DNA of 64,000 nt from Candidatus Latescibacterota bacterium (lineage in GTDB: Bacteria > Latescibacterota > UBA2968): positions 4,192,001-4,256,000 of the forward strand of contig OZ220741.1 of NCBI GenBank assembly GCA_965116885.1, written 5' to 3'. The notes under the pieces are model-generated. The model made no database searches, had not been told where the DNA came from, and saw nothing but the letters and a program-made list of their open reading frames with translations. The position numbers and the translations under genes are program-made. This document shows, piece by piece, positions 46,806 to 57,126 of the stretch. Within the stretch, counting starts at the first letter, position 1; each line of letters begins with the position of its first letter.

Positions 46806-47573
46806 TTACACGCCCGTGGTCAAGAGACCGCCATCCACGGGTAGGGAGGCTCCGGTAATATTGCCTGCCGCTGGCGAGCAGAGAAAGGCAACTGCTCGTC
46901 CGATGTCCTCGGGGGTGCCGCGGCGCTCCAGGGGGATATTGGTTTTGAGTTCATCGGACACACTGCCCACAGACGGAGCCTGAGTGCCAAAAATATGGGT
47001 CACGTCCATATACCCCGGCATCACGGCGTTGCAGCGGATATTGTGGGGACCTAAGTCCACAGCCATGCTCTCGGTGAGGCGCAGCACACCGGCTTTGGCT
47101 ACGCCGTAGGCCGTATCGTCGGGCCAGGCGCGATAGGCATGGACTGAAGAAGTACTGACAATGCAGCCACCCTCGCCCTGTTGTACCATGATGCGGGCGG
47201 CCTGTTGGCTGCAAAGAAAAAAGCCTTTGAGACACACGTCCAGGGTCAAATCCCAGTTTTCTTCGGTGATTTCGAGGAAGGTAGCCCCGCTTCCGGCATA
47301 GGGGTTGTTAACCAGGATATCGAGGCGGTTAAAACGGGCGATGAAGGCGGTGAACATCGCTTCTACCTGTGCTCGGTCGGATATATCAGCCTGAAAGAAG
47401 TCGGCTTCTCGCCCCTGGTCCCGGATCAGTTCCAGGGTCCTGTCGGCATCGGCATCTCGTTCCAGATCATTGATGCCCACATCACAGCCTGCCTGAGCCA
47501 GAGCAAGGGCAATGCCGCGACCGATATTGCGGCGTCCACCAGTGACGAGAGCTTTTTTTCCATCGAGTGACAT
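46806..47573 (-). CDS. Short-chain dehydrogenase/reductase
   Basis: 'TGGRRNIG', 'YGVAK', 'VDGG'. Confidence 0.92.
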   Translation of the reverse strand: MSLDGKKALVTGGRRNIGRGIALALAQAGCDVGINDLERDADADRTLELIRDQGREADFFQADISDRAQVEAMFTAFIARFNRLDILVNNPYAGSGATFLEITEENWDLTLDVCLKGFFLCSQQAARIMVQQGEGGCIVSTSSVHAYRAWPDDTAYGVAKAGVLRLTESMAVDLGPHNIRCNAVMPGYMDVTHIFGTQAPSVGSVSDELKTNIPLERRGTPEDIGRAVAFLCSPAAGNITGASLPVDGGLLTTGV

Positions 47574-47791
47574 AGTGCGATCTCCCTTTTGGTGTAGTAG
47601 TGCAAGATTGTTATATTTCAATATACGCCAAAAACCGTGTGATGCGATAGAGAAAGCCAGGCTACACCAAACCCCGTGTATCGTCTTAAAAATTGCTTTC
47701 GGCGATGAGGTATGTTATCATTACTATTCCCCTGATTACCGGGGATAAAGCGTCCTGTCTTGCTTTCACGTCTGGGAACTCGCGTTTTGTT

Positions 47792-48268
47792 ATGACCAAA
47801 GAAATTGAACGGAAGTTTTGTGTGCGAAAGATGCCGGATCTGACGGCTTGTATAGGAGTAGAAATCTCACAGGGCTATATTTCAGTAGGCGAGAATGGTC
47901 CAGAGGTCCGCTTGCGTCACAAAGGCGACCGATTTTATCAGACTGTGAAACAGGGCAAGGGTGTGCAACGGACGGAAGTTGAGGTGGAATTGAGCCGAGC
48001 GCAATTTGATAACCTCTGGCCTTTGACTGCGGGCAGGCGGGTCGAAAAAGTGCGTTATGAGATAGCCGAAGGAATATGGACAATTGAGCTGGATGTGTAC
48101 TGCGGCCGCCTGAAGGGCCTGGTAGTGGCCGAGGTTGAGTTTGAGACCTTAGATGAAAGTTCAAGTTTTGTCCCGCCCCCCTGGTTCGGACGAGAGGTGA
48201 CAGATGATAGTCATTATAAAAATGCCTATCTGGCATTGATGGGAATTTCAAATGATCACGCGCAGTGA
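47792..48268 (+). CDS. CYTH domain protein
   Basis: 'EIERKF', 'QGY', 'VRLR', 'KVRY', 'AEVEF'. Confidence 0.92.
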   Translation: MTKEIERKFCVRKMPDLTACIGVEISQGYISVGENGPEVRLRHKGDRFYQTVKQGKGVQRTEVEVELSRAQFDNLWPLTAGRRVEKVRYEIAEGIWTIELDVYCGRLKGLVVAEVEFETLDESSSFVPPPWFGREVTDDSHYKNAYLALMGISNDHAQ

Positions 48269-49775
48269 AACTTATGTCTTACGCGAGTCTGCTGGTCCGG
48301 ACCTAATAGAAACACTTGGGCTTGAATACAGTAAATCTCTGCCTGAGAAAGAGGAAATTATTCAGTATTACGATACATTTGACTGGCGCTTGTATCAGAA
48401 GGGACTCGCGCTGATACAGGCGGGAAATGCGGTGTATTTACAGCGAATTTCAGATGGTGCATACCCGCACGATCAGATCGAAATGAAACAACATCTGGAA
48501 GGTCGCTTCTGGTGGATGTTTCCAGAGGGCGAGTTGCGCGACACATTGCGGAGTGCGCTCTCAGTTCGGGCGCTGTTACTTCAAGCACAGGTGAGGCAGA
48601 AGGTTTGCGGATTTGGCGTTTTAAATGCAGATGAAAAGACAGTCGTTCGGTTATTTTTCACGCATACCAGCACGGAAAAAGGACACGTTGCGACTTTGAC
48701 ATTGCGAAGTGTGCGGGGATATGAGCGCGATTTTGAGAATTTGCGCCGTCGTTTTATGAAATTGGATGTTGCACATGTGGCAGAGGATGTATTTGAGCGC
48801 GTGATGAATCTCGCGGGGTGCGTGCCGGGCGATTATTCTTCAAAGCTGAATCTCGACCTGAATCGCGAGGCGAGTGGGCGTGAAGCAACATGTGAGATTT
48901 TGAAATGCCTGCACGATGTGATGCGCCAAAATGAAACGGGCATTCGCTCGGATTGGGATACGGAATTTTTGCACGATTTTCGGGTTGCGATTCGGCGCAC
49001 GCGGTCGGCGCTGAGTCAAATCAAAGGCGTTTTGCCCGAAGATGCTGTAGAACATTTTAAGGATGAGTTCCGGCAATTGGGCAGATCAACCAATCGGTTG
49101 CGCGATCTGGATGTGTATTTGCTCGATGAAGAGACTTATCGCGCGATGTTACCCCGGTCGCTACAACCCGGCCTGGACGCCGTGTTCTCGCGCTTAAAAA
49201 GCGAGCGTCGGCGTGCTCTTAAAGACATGGTGCAGGTTCTCGATACTCCTGAATATCGGGACCTGATGGATTCATGGGCGGCTTTTTTGCAGGGCGAACA
49301 GTATCGGGGAGGGAAGGACGCCGCTGTACCTGCTATAGTCCTTGCGCGAAAATTTATTTTTAAACGCTTTAAGCAGGTACTCAAAAGGGGCAAGGCGATC
49401 GGAGACCATACGCCCGACGAGGCATTACACAATTTGAGAATCGACTGCAAGAAATTGCGGTACTTGTTAGAATTTTTCGCTTCGTTTTTTCCCAAAGACA
49501 AGATGGATAAACTCATCGGGTATATGAAGAAATTGCAGGATAATCTGGGAGATTTTAACGATTTATCGGTACAACAGGGGGAATTGACGACCTACTTGAA
49601 CGAGGTATTGCCCCGCAGCCGGCGTGCGGACCGCCTGCTTTGTACTGCGGCTATTGGCGGGCTTATTGCGCGTTTGCACGACCAGCAACAAGGCGTTCGG
49701 CGCAAATTTGCCAGTGCTTTCACCACATTTTCGGGAAAGAAAAACGCTCGGTTGTACCGCGATTTATTTAGATAG
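48252..49775 (+). CDS. CHAD domain protein with degenerate N-terminal CYTH-like region
   Basis: 'YYDTFDWRL'; 'LHDFRVAIRRTR', 'RDLDV', 'LHNLRIDCKKLRY', 'LQDNLGDFND'. Confidence 0.9.
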   Translation: MITRSETYVLRESAGPDLIETLGLEYSKSLPEKEEIIQYYDTFDWRLYQKGLALIQAGNAVYLQRISDGAYPHDQIEMKQHLEGRFWWMFPEGELRDTLRSALSVRALLLQAQVRQKVCGFGVLNADEKTVVRLFFTHTSTEKGHVATLTLRSVRGYERDFENLRRRFMKLDVAHVAEDVFERVMNLAGCVPGDYSSKLNLDLNREASGREATCEILKCLHDVMRQNETGIRSDWDTEFLHDFRVAIRRTRSALSQIKGVLPEDAVEHFKDEFRQLGRSTNRLRDLDVYLLDEETYRAMLPRSLQPGLDAVFSRLKSERRRALKDMVQVLDTPEYRDLMDSWAAFLQGEQYRGGKDAAVPAIVLARKFIFKRFKQVLKRGKAIGDHTPDEALHNLRIDCKKLRYLLEFFASFFPKDKMDKLIGYMKKLQDNLGDFNDLSVQQGELTTYLNEVLPRSRRADRLLCTAAIGGLIARLHDQQQGVRRKFASAFTTFSGKKNARLYRDLFR

Positions 49776-49784
49776 GGAACGAAT

Positions 49785-50525
49785 GTGAGTATCTTTGCGT
49801 TGTACAGCATGAAAGGTGGCGTAGGGAAGACCGCCACGGCCGTAAATCTGGCTTATGAAGCGGTTCGCTCTGGTGCGAGTGCATTGCTGTGCGATTTAGA
49901 CCCTCAAGGGGCTGCGGCTTTTTATTTTCGCATTCGAGCAAAAAAAAAGTTTGGACGCAAGCGTTTCTTGAAGGGCGGCAAGCATTTAGAGAATAATATT
50001 CGGGGGACGGACTTTGAAGATCTGGACTTATTGCCTTCGGCCATGTCTTTTCGCAATATGGATTTGGGGTTGGACGAGCGGGCAAAAAACAAAAGCTATT
50101 TAAAGCGTCTGTTGACGCCGATGCGAAAAGAGTACGATTATATTTTTTTAGATTGCCCGCCCAACCTGACGCTCCTTGCCGAGCATGTTTTCAGGGCGGC
50201 TGATTATGTGGTTGTTCCGTGTATTCCGACAACTCTGTCGATGTTGACACATCAAAAGCTGGTAGAGTTCTTTAAAAAAAATAAATTGAAGCGGAAAAAA
50301 ATGGTGTCGTTTTTTTCAATGGTTGAACAGCGCAAGACAATGCACAGGGAAATGATCGCACAGGTGGGCGAGCGCGAGGGAAAATTTCTGAACGCGCAAA
50401 TTCCCTACACGACGGATGTGGAGCGAATGGGATGGGCGAGACAACCCGTAGCATGCTTCAAGTCGCGTTCAAAGGCAACTCAGGCGTATCGAGCATTGTG
50501 GACAGAATTGCAAATGCTTGAATAA
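49785..50525 (+). CDS. ParA family ATPase (no ParB partner)
   Basis: 'KGGVGKT', 'DLDPQG', 'DCPP'. Confidence 0.92.
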   Translation: MSIFALYSMKGGVGKTATAVNLAYEAVRSGASALLCDLDPQGAAAFYFRIRAKKKFGRKRFLKGGKHLENNIRGTDFEDLDLLPSAMSFRNMDLGLDERAKNKSYLKRLLTPMRKEYDYIFLDCPPNLTLLAEHVFRAADYVVVPCIPTTLSMLTHQKLVEFFKKNKLKRKKMVSFFSMVEQRKTMHREMIAQVGEREGKFLNAQIPYTTDVERMGWARQPVACFKSRSKATQAYRALWTELQMLE

Positions 50526-50554
50526 GTGATGTGCAACAGCAATGTCTAAAAATA

Positions 50555-50588
50555 ACCAACCCCCCGATAAACTTGTCGGGGGGTTGGT
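50555..50588. terminator. Intrinsic terminator between convergent genes
   Basis: ACCAACCCCCCGA / TCGGGGGGTTGGT hairpin. Confidence 0.8.
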
Positions 50589-50603
50589 GTTTGCGTTCGT
50601 AAA

Positions 50604-51290
50604 TTATCGAGTAATTCGAAAACGTATGGGTATGACGAGATAGACTTTAACAGGTCTATCATTTTGACGGGCTGGCTTAAAACGGTATTGATTAACGGAC
50701 TGAAGGGCCGCTTTGTAAAAAATTTCTTTGCCTTTGACAGCAACGGCCTGTTCGACTACTCCGGCTTTGTCAACCAGTATTTTCAAGTGAACGGTGCCTT
50801 CAATCCCCGCCTTGAGGGCGACCGGGGGATATACTGGTGCTACGCGATGGATGAGCACGGGTTTTTCTTCGACCATGAAATATTCGAGTATCTCTTCTTC
50901 TGGTTCTTCTATTACAGCAGTCTCACCGGGAGGTGGGGGTACATGGAGATCGACCTTATCGAAATCGAGGTCGGTAGTTTCAATAGTAACATCGTCGGGA
51001 ACATCATCGCTTTCAGTTGCAATGGGTATAGACGGTCGTGGCGGTGGCGGTGCACGGTGAATTTGACGAGTTTCCGGTATATCGACGTTCTCTATGACGA
51101 TGGTGCGTCTCTCTATTTTGCGCGTGCCAGCCGTAAATGTGGGAAACATCAACCCTATGCCTACATGCAAGATGAATGCAATCACCATGCTGATGCGAAA
51201 TACGCGCTTATAAGTGCGTTTGAGATCACAATCTGGATTTTTGATACGCGGAATTTCAGGCGTGATCCACTGGTCTGTGTTTTTTTCCAT
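50604..51290 (-). CDS. tonB: Energy transducer TonB
   Basis: TM with His ('FILHVG'), Pro-rich linker, 'PVYP..A..AGIEG.V', 'FKPA'. Confidence 0.9.
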   Translation of the reverse strand: MEKNTDQWITPEIPRIKNPDCDLKRTYKRVFRISMVIAFILHVGIGLMFPTFTAGTRKIERRTIVIENVDIPETRQIHRAPPPPRPSIPIATESDDVPDDVTIETTDLDFDKVDLHVPPPPGETAVIEEPEEEILEYFMVEEKPVLIHRVAPVYPPVALKAGIEGTVHLKILVDKAGVVEQAVAVKGKEIFYKAALQSVNQYRFKPARQNDRPVKVYLVIPIRFRITR

Positions 51291-51506
51291 AGCCTTTCTC
51301 GGTGGCAAGAACGATGAATCTATGTAATTAAGCTATTGGCTTATTTTGCTGAACACTTATACCTATCTATAAATTCTAACACTGCTGGCATAGAAAGGCA
51401 AGATATTTTTGCAAGCCCTTGTTCGACAAAACTACTTGTTTATTCATGGTTCATATCAATATATTGAAGCCTGTTAATCAATTATCACCTTTCTCGTGGT
51501 TCAAAA

Positions 51507-53069
51507 ATGGGAAACCGCTTCTCTCATTTGCTATTTATGTGTGCTATGGGCCTTCTGGTCGGATGTTATAACCCCCAACGCGATCTGAGCATAGACCCAT
51601 ACAATACACCGCTCATTCACATTCTCGATGCTTCCTTTAAGATTGAGGATTCCACCACGGGAGTAGTCGTTGTGCAGTGGGAGTATCTCGGGCAGAAGCG
51701 CGTTGAGAACTTTGTCCTCCAGCGTCGAGATAATATTTCTGGCTTTAGAAATATCGAGCGTTCCTCCGGTGCCGATGGCGATGGCAGATACGCGACTGTG
51801 GGCGCATTTCAAGACCGCACACTATTTGCTGGCGAGCGCTTGCAATACCGCGTAGTTGCCGAACATAGCGAAGGTGGTCTGGTGAGTACTTCTGCTGTTG
51901 AAGTCCCTATCCCCGGTGCTGCTTTACTCGAAGTTCGGCGCGACCCCATTGCCCTTGACGTGCAACTCGTCTGGCATGATGAGGGAAACACGGCAAGAAG
52001 GTATGAAATTCTGCGGACGCCTGAAGGTGACCATAAAGAGGTGATTTCCGTCATAGAAGCCTGGTTGGGGAAGACTTCCTTTTGGGATCGATCAATTTCC
52101 GACAATCTCCCTTATACTTATACCATAAGGTCTTTCCATTTTATTTCAGAGGCTGGCATTTCCTTGCCGAATATGAGTCTCACAAGTCGCAGCGTGCGCA
52201 TGCAATTTTATCGCGAAGCAGGACGGCATGTCGTTGAGACCCTGAGTGGTGCAAACGAGCGAATGCGACTTTCGGCTGCTGATCCCAATAATTCCGATGA
52301 CGAAGCCGACATGCTCGCCCTGATTGTTCGCCCCAACCAGATATCGCTTTCTCGCCTGCGGCATACCTTGAGTGTCGATATTTCCAATACGCTATCGCGC
52401 CACCTCGTCGGGACTTCTTTTCCGCGGTTGAACGATCTCGTGCCGCAATCGGTGGATCTGGCTGGCCCTTCGCTTGCGGGGCAGGGAGCTTTTCAACGCG
52501 CTTATATCGGCGGTCTGGATCGGGTTGGGCGCGTTGTAGTTGTGGGTATTGAACTAATTAATAACACCACGGTGTGGCGCATTCCCGACAATTGGGTAAG
52601 CGCGTCTTCGCATGTGCGACTGGCTCAGGACGATAAACAGCGGGTTTATGTTGCGACAGGCGGGCAATTGCGCGTCTATTCTGCTACAGGTTCTCCGGTG
52701 GGCACTTTCGATCTCGAATATGGAAATCCCGTAGATATCGCAGTTCACAATGGCGTTATCTGGACCGCCTGGGCAAATCGAGTTCAACGAGGGATTTTGC
52801 GCTTTTCGAATGATGTCCTCAGTGATATTACATGGGATGAGCTACATTCTCAGATCGAACCGCGCGCTTTAACGCTCAATACTGCGGGACAGGTTTTTGT
52901 ATTGGATCGCACGCAGGTGCGCGTGTTTCAGGCAGATGGGACACCTCTTCTCTCCTGGGAACTGCCTTCGGGCGCATTCTCAGCAGATGATCTAACTATC
53001 GGCGGATCAACCAGAAATTTTGTCCATCTTGCAGATGGAGATGGAAGGATCATAACATATGTACCGTAG
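51507..53069 (+). CDS. Hypothetical lipoprotein (FN3-like repeats + beta-propeller-like C-terminus)
   Basis: Lipobox 'LVGC'; two W...Y/F.(L/I).R...D...Y.(V/I) FN3-like units; beta-rich tail. Confidence 0.65.
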   Translation: MGNRFSHLLFMCAMGLLVGCYNPQRDLSIDPYNTPLIHILDASFKIEDSTTGVVVVQWEYLGQKRVENFVLQRRDNISGFRNIERSSGADGDGRYATVGAFQDRTLFAGERLQYRVVAEHSEGGLVSTSAVEVPIPGAALLEVRRDPIALDVQLVWHDEGNTARRYEILRTPEGDHKEVISVIEAWLGKTSFWDRSISDNLPYTYTIRSFHFISEAGISLPNMSLTSRSVRMQFYREAGRHVVETLSGANERMRLSAADPNNSDDEADMLALIVRPNQISLSRLRHTLSVDISNTLSRHLVGTSFPRLNDLVPQSVDLAGPSLAGQGAFQRAYIGGLDRVGRVVVVGIELINNTTVWRIPDNWVSASSHVRLAQDDKQRVYVATGGQLRVYSATGSPVGTFDLEYGNPVDIAVHNGVIWTAWANRVQRGILRFSNDVLSDITWDELHSQIEPRALTLNTAGQVFVLDRTQVRVFQADGTPLLSWELPSGAFSADDLTIGGSTRNFVHLADGDGRIITYVP

Positions 53070-53835
53070 TTTATTGGTCTGGATGTTGTTTTGTCTGGCG
53101 ATGGGTTCGGCATGGGCGAATGACCAGAAAATTATTGAAAAAGCGCAGGCCGCCTATCGCGCGGGGGATTATGCCAGTGCGTTTGAGACGCTCTCACAGC
53201 TTCCGCGCTTATTGGGCGTGGTGCCCTTGTTCGACAGGCCACAACAGAGTCGGAGAGCCGAGATCTTTTTTGACCTGGGACGCATTCACATGGCTGCCAG
53301 CGATACGGCTCGTGCACGTCTGGCACTTGCCGAGGCTTTTCGCTTGGATCCAGAAGTCAACAAGGGAATTATGGATATTGGTCCGGATCAGGCACTTGCA
53401 GATACGCGGACGTTGCTTTTGGGCATGCGCGGCATAACACTACGACAAACCCTTGGGAAAACCACGTTTTGGGGTGCTGCGAGCCGCTCGCTTATTTTGC
53501 CAGGGTGGGGGCAGTTGTACCGAGGACACAAAAAACGGGGGTATGTCTTTATGGGGACTTCGGCAGTGCTCGCTGCGGCCTGGCTTGTGACCGATATATC
53601 CTATCGCAGTGCATATAGCACCTATCGCGGCACGCGTTTGAATGATTTGCAACTGGGGCAACCCATAGCAGGCACGGATTCCGATGCATTTACCCAAAAT
53701 TTTGAACGCGTGGAATCTCGTGCAGGGAGGGCCAATCTCGTGCTGGGCCTGCTCGCGGCGGTCTGGTTATCCAGTGTATTGGATCATCTGGTGATTGGAC
53801 CAGCTCAAGTCTCATTATCGGTGCCCATCAAGTGA
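53059..53835 (+). CDS. Exported TPR + DUF5683-like membrane protein
   Basis: Signal peptide, TPR-like helices, 'RSLILPGWGQLY' motif. Confidence 0.7.
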   Translation: MYRSLLVWMLFCLAMGSAWANDQKIIEKAQAAYRAGDYASAFETLSQLPRLLGVVPLFDRPQQSRRAEIFFDLGRIHMAASDTARARLALAEAFRLDPEVNKGIMDIGPDQALADTRTLLLGMRGITLRQTLGKTTFWGAASRSLILPGWGQLYRGHKKRGYVFMGTSAVLAAAWLVTDISYRSAYSTYRGTRLNDLQLGQPIAGTDSDAFTQNFERVESRAGRANLVLGLLAAVWLSSVLDHLVIGPAQVSLSVPIK

Positions 53836-53847
53836 AGGAGATCGGAC

Positions 53848-56800
53848 TTGAGGCGTTTGTTAAAAAAAATTTTATTCTATCGGGTACACCTTTATACACT
53901 GACCGCATTGCTATTGCCTGTCAGTACTTTTTCTCAGCCGCCTGCTACCTTCCGATTGGCAATCGCGCCCTTTTATTCTCCTTACCATGGCGATTACGGC
54001 GTCTATATGGCCGATCGCATCGCCTATGAACTCTACCGCCGCGCCTATGTGCCTGCTCTGGGAAGGGCGCGTTTTGTTTTAATAGAAACCGATGTGACAA
54101 TGGGGGAGATAGATCAGACCGATAGACAGCTTTCTCCCGAGCTACGCGAGTTCCTTAGCAAAAGGGTTCCCGCCACCTATCTTTTGACGGGTTCTGTCGC
54201 GTTTACAGGTATTTATACAATTAAACTCAAGCTCATTGATCTTCAGACGGGTATAATTGTCTGGACGGGTGATGCGCGGGACAATCCTGCGTGGGTGTGG
54301 ACGCGTGCACATCGGTCTGTGGGAGAGATCCCCGCTGTCGAAGTGCGGTCTTCGCTTGGGTTTGCCGAAGAGGAAACACCTGTACCCGCGCCAGAAGTTG
54401 AACATTTGCCACACCATATTCTCATGCAACCACTCCACACGACAGAATATCTGCCTCTTGCTGCCGATTGTGAAATGCACTTCAAAAATGCGATTCAGCG
54501 CGATGGCCTGTTTTCCCTCGTGCCAGGGGCATTAAAAGGGAGACAGGGACACGAGCGGTTTGCTCGCATCAGTCCTGATTTGCGACGGCAAGCATCGGAA
54601 ACAACGCTTGCAGAAGCCATCCTGACGGGCAGCTTGCTTGTACTGGGCAAAGATGGATCAATGGATAATTTCGGGGTGGTGTTGCGTTTGATTGATGTGG
54701 AGACCGGACAAATTCTCTGGATGGGGTCTTCGACTGGGCGAAGAGTCTGGCGATGGGACAAAATAGCGGATATTGTGTCTGCGACCATTGGACGACTTGG
54801 TGAAGACTTCGCGCAATACGGGGCAGGGGCAGCAGAAACCCAGATTGCGGCGTTGCGCGATCATGCAAAAGATGGGAAATCGTGGAGTGTGCTCGGACAT
54901 GCCTATCTTGAGCGGGGACTGCTCAAGCAGGCTGAAGAAGCATTTGAAAAAGCCATGATTTTCCCCGATGCTCCGGCAGAGGCAAGCGCGGGAAAAGGGC
55001 TGGTGTTGCTGAGACGAGGCAGGCATTTCGATGACGGAGTACAGGCACTCAGATCTGCAATCCGAACTGATCCAGATTATCTGGATGCGTACAGCTATCT
55101 CGCGCAGGCTCTTCTCGATCAGGGGATGATTGATGGCGTGAAAATTGCCGAAAACGCCATTCGGCGCGATTCGACATATCTCCCGCCATACCGCGTGCTG
55201 GGCGATTGGTATGCCGACCGTGAAGATCACCAAAGAGCGCGGGGGTTTTATCAGACTTATTTGACGCGTAACCCCGACGATGAAGTCGCTGAACGGTTGG
55301 GTAGAAGCCTGTTGCAGTTGAAAAACTATCGGGATATCGACCGCTTTATCGCGCCCATCGCACGCGAAAAACCCGAAGCCTCTCATTTGTTGCCCATTAT
55401 GGCAATCAAAGCGTTGCGGGTGAAGCGCTTTGAGGAGTCGGCCCAATTATTCGAGCGATTTCTCGCGCAAATTAACGCGCGCGAACGCCAGCTTTACGAC
55501 GATATTCAGGTGCTGTTGTCAAATGAGGAAATAGGGACTTATCGCACGCTTAACGATGCGGAAAAGAATAATTATGTGGTGCGTTTTTGGCGTGCAAAAA
55601 ATCCGAATTTGTCCAGCGCATACAACGAGCGACAACTGGCGCACTACGAACGGGTCTGGATGGCGCGCTGGGCATTTGGGCGGGAAAATTATCCCTGGGA
55701 CCGGCGCGGTGAGGTCTATATTCGCTACGGTGAACCCGATTACCGCGCTCGCTCGGGATGGATTTCCTCGCTACCCTCAACGCGTGTGCAGGAAGTGAAG
55801 GAAAAGGTGTATCGAGAATTGTATCGGGATCCCAATGAAAGCGAATTGATTGGACCGGTTTTTCCCATTCGAAGCGATCGCGGATTTGCTGCTGAGCGCG
55901 AAAGAGAGGTGCTCGATATACCCGATCAAAATACCTTTGGCTCGGTTGAAGGACGCAGTGAAGGAGCCTCTCGCAGCGACCCTTCTCAGGAGGCATACGC
56001 GCCTGTTACCATGCAACACGACCGCAGTATCGTGCCCTGGGAGTCGTGGGTCTATACCGAGGTGGATGGCGGCATGGTCATCGATTTTACACGCGAATTG
56101 GGTGGCGTCTCCGGGTTTGATTTCGCTCCTATTCCGCCTATTCCGCCCACTATGCTCAGAGATAATATTCGAATTGCCGAACACGCTCCGGCAATTCGCT
56201 ACAAAAACGCCACAGTGAGCCAGTCCGATGAATTTCGCAAAGCACCTCGCTTGTCGCTGGGCACTTTTTATTTTGATCTGGTGGACTTTCGGGGTAGTGC
56301 AGGCAAAACCCGCGTAGATATTATTTCCGGCATACCGCTTGAAAATTTGCTCGTCGTTACAGACGGACAGCACCCCCAGGTGGTGCTTGAACGCGCGGTC
56401 GCGCTGACCGATTCGGCATACCGCGTGGTGTATCGAAACGCGCAAAAAGTGCAGTATTTTGTAGATACCTCAAATGTCATCACCCAGGAAGTTGTGGATA
56501 TCACGCGCCAGGATGTGCCCGCAGGCCTGTATCATCTCTCACTGACTGTTACCGATGCTATGACCGCACGGCAAGGGGTGTTCGCGATCGATGTGACGAT
56601 TGATGAATACGACGAAGAACAGCTTCATATCAGCGATCTCTTGCTCGTTAAAAGTCTATCGGATACGCTGCGCGATACGCGATTTCGCCGGGGAAATTGG
56701 CAAGTAGTTCCCAATCCCCGAAGGACTGTTCACGCGCCTAATCCACTGGCGTTTTATTGCGAAGTGTACAATTTGGCAAAAGACGAGTTTGGACAGACTC

Positions 56801-57045
56801 GCTATCGCGTGACAACAGCAGTCAAGGCAACGGAAACAGAGCAAAGACGTGGGCGAGAGAATGTTGACCAACCCGAGGTCGCGCTGTCCTATACACAAGT
56901 AGGCAACAGCGATTGGGAACGCTTGCCCCTTGAAGTACACCTCGAACACGCACAGGCAGGGCAAAATCGCCTTTTTGTAATTATTGAGGATCTCGTCGCA
57001 GGGACACGGGTGGCAAAGGATACTTTTTTTCAGTATATTCGATAA
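53848..57045 (+). CDS. GWxTD-domain TPR protein with two CsgG/TolB-N-like N-terminal domains
   Basis: Signal peptide; twice 'TGS...(K/R)LID..TG.I.W'; TPRs; 'FWRAKNP...HYERV..A...F...WDRRGEVYIRYGEPD'. Confidence 0.8.
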   Translation: MRRLLKKILFYRVHLYTLTALLLPVSTFSQPPATFRLAIAPFYSPYHGDYGVYMADRIAYELYRRAYVPALGRARFVLIETDVTMGEIDQTDRQLSPELREFLSKRVPATYLLTGSVAFTGIYTIKLKLIDLQTGIIVWTGDARDNPAWVWTRAHRSVGEIPAVEVRSSLGFAEEETPVPAPEVEHLPHHILMQPLHTTEYLPLAADCEMHFKNAIQRDGLFSLVPGALKGRQGHERFARISPDLRRQASETTLAEAILTGSLLVLGKDGSMDNFGVVLRLIDVETGQILWMGSSTGRRVWRWDKIADIVSATIGRLGEDFAQYGAGAAETQIAALRDHAKDGKSWSVLGHAYLERGLLKQAEEAFEKAMIFPDAPAEASAGKGLVLLRRGRHFDDGVQALRSAIRTDPDYLDAYSYLAQALLDQGMIDGVKIAENAIRRDSTYLPPYRVLGDWYADREDHQRARGFYQTYLTRNPDDEVAERLGRSLLQLKNYRDIDRFIAPIAREKPEASHLLPIMAIKALRVKRFEESAQLFERFLAQINARERQLYDDIQVLLSNEEIGTYRTLNDAEKNNYVVRFWRAKNPNLSSAYNERQLAHYERVWMARWAFGRENYPWDRRGEVYIRYGEPDYRARSGWISSLPSTRVQEVKEKVYRELYRDPNESELIGPVFPIRSDRGFAAEREREVLDIPDQNTFGSVEGRSEGASRSDPSQEAYAPVTMQHDRSIVPWESWVYTEVDGGMVIDFTRELGGVSGFDFAPIPPIPPTMLRDNIRIAEHAPAIRYKNATVSQSDEFRKAPRLSLGTFYFDLVDFRGSAGKTRVDIISGIPLENLLVVTDGQHPQVVLERAVALTDSAYRVVYRNAQKVQYFVDTSNVITQEVVDITRQDVPAGLYHLSLTVTDAMTARQGVFAIDVTIDEYDEEQLHISDLLLVKSLSDTLRDTRFRRGNWQVVPNPRRTVHAPNPLAFYCEVYNLAKDEFGQTRYRVTTAVKATETEQRRGRENVDQPEVALSYTQVGNSDWERLPLEVHLEHAQAGQNRLFVIIEDLVAGTRVAKDTFFQYIR

Positions 57046-57079
57046 AAACAATCCACTTAAATTTTTTTAGGCTGACTGA

Positions 57080-57108
57080 TTGACAGAAATGCGAGCATTG
57101 CTTAAGTT
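57080..57108 (+). promoter_or_regulatory. Sigma70-type promoter of the ruvX-mltG-pcrA-gatC unit
   Basis: TTGACA-N17-TAAGTT. Confidence 0.55.
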
Positions 57109-57126
57109 TGCTTGAAGGAGAGGAAA

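Noticed and set aside
49785..50525. Chromosome or plasmid partition locus
   Set aside because: No parB, parS or rep gene nearby; the context is CYTH/CHAD.
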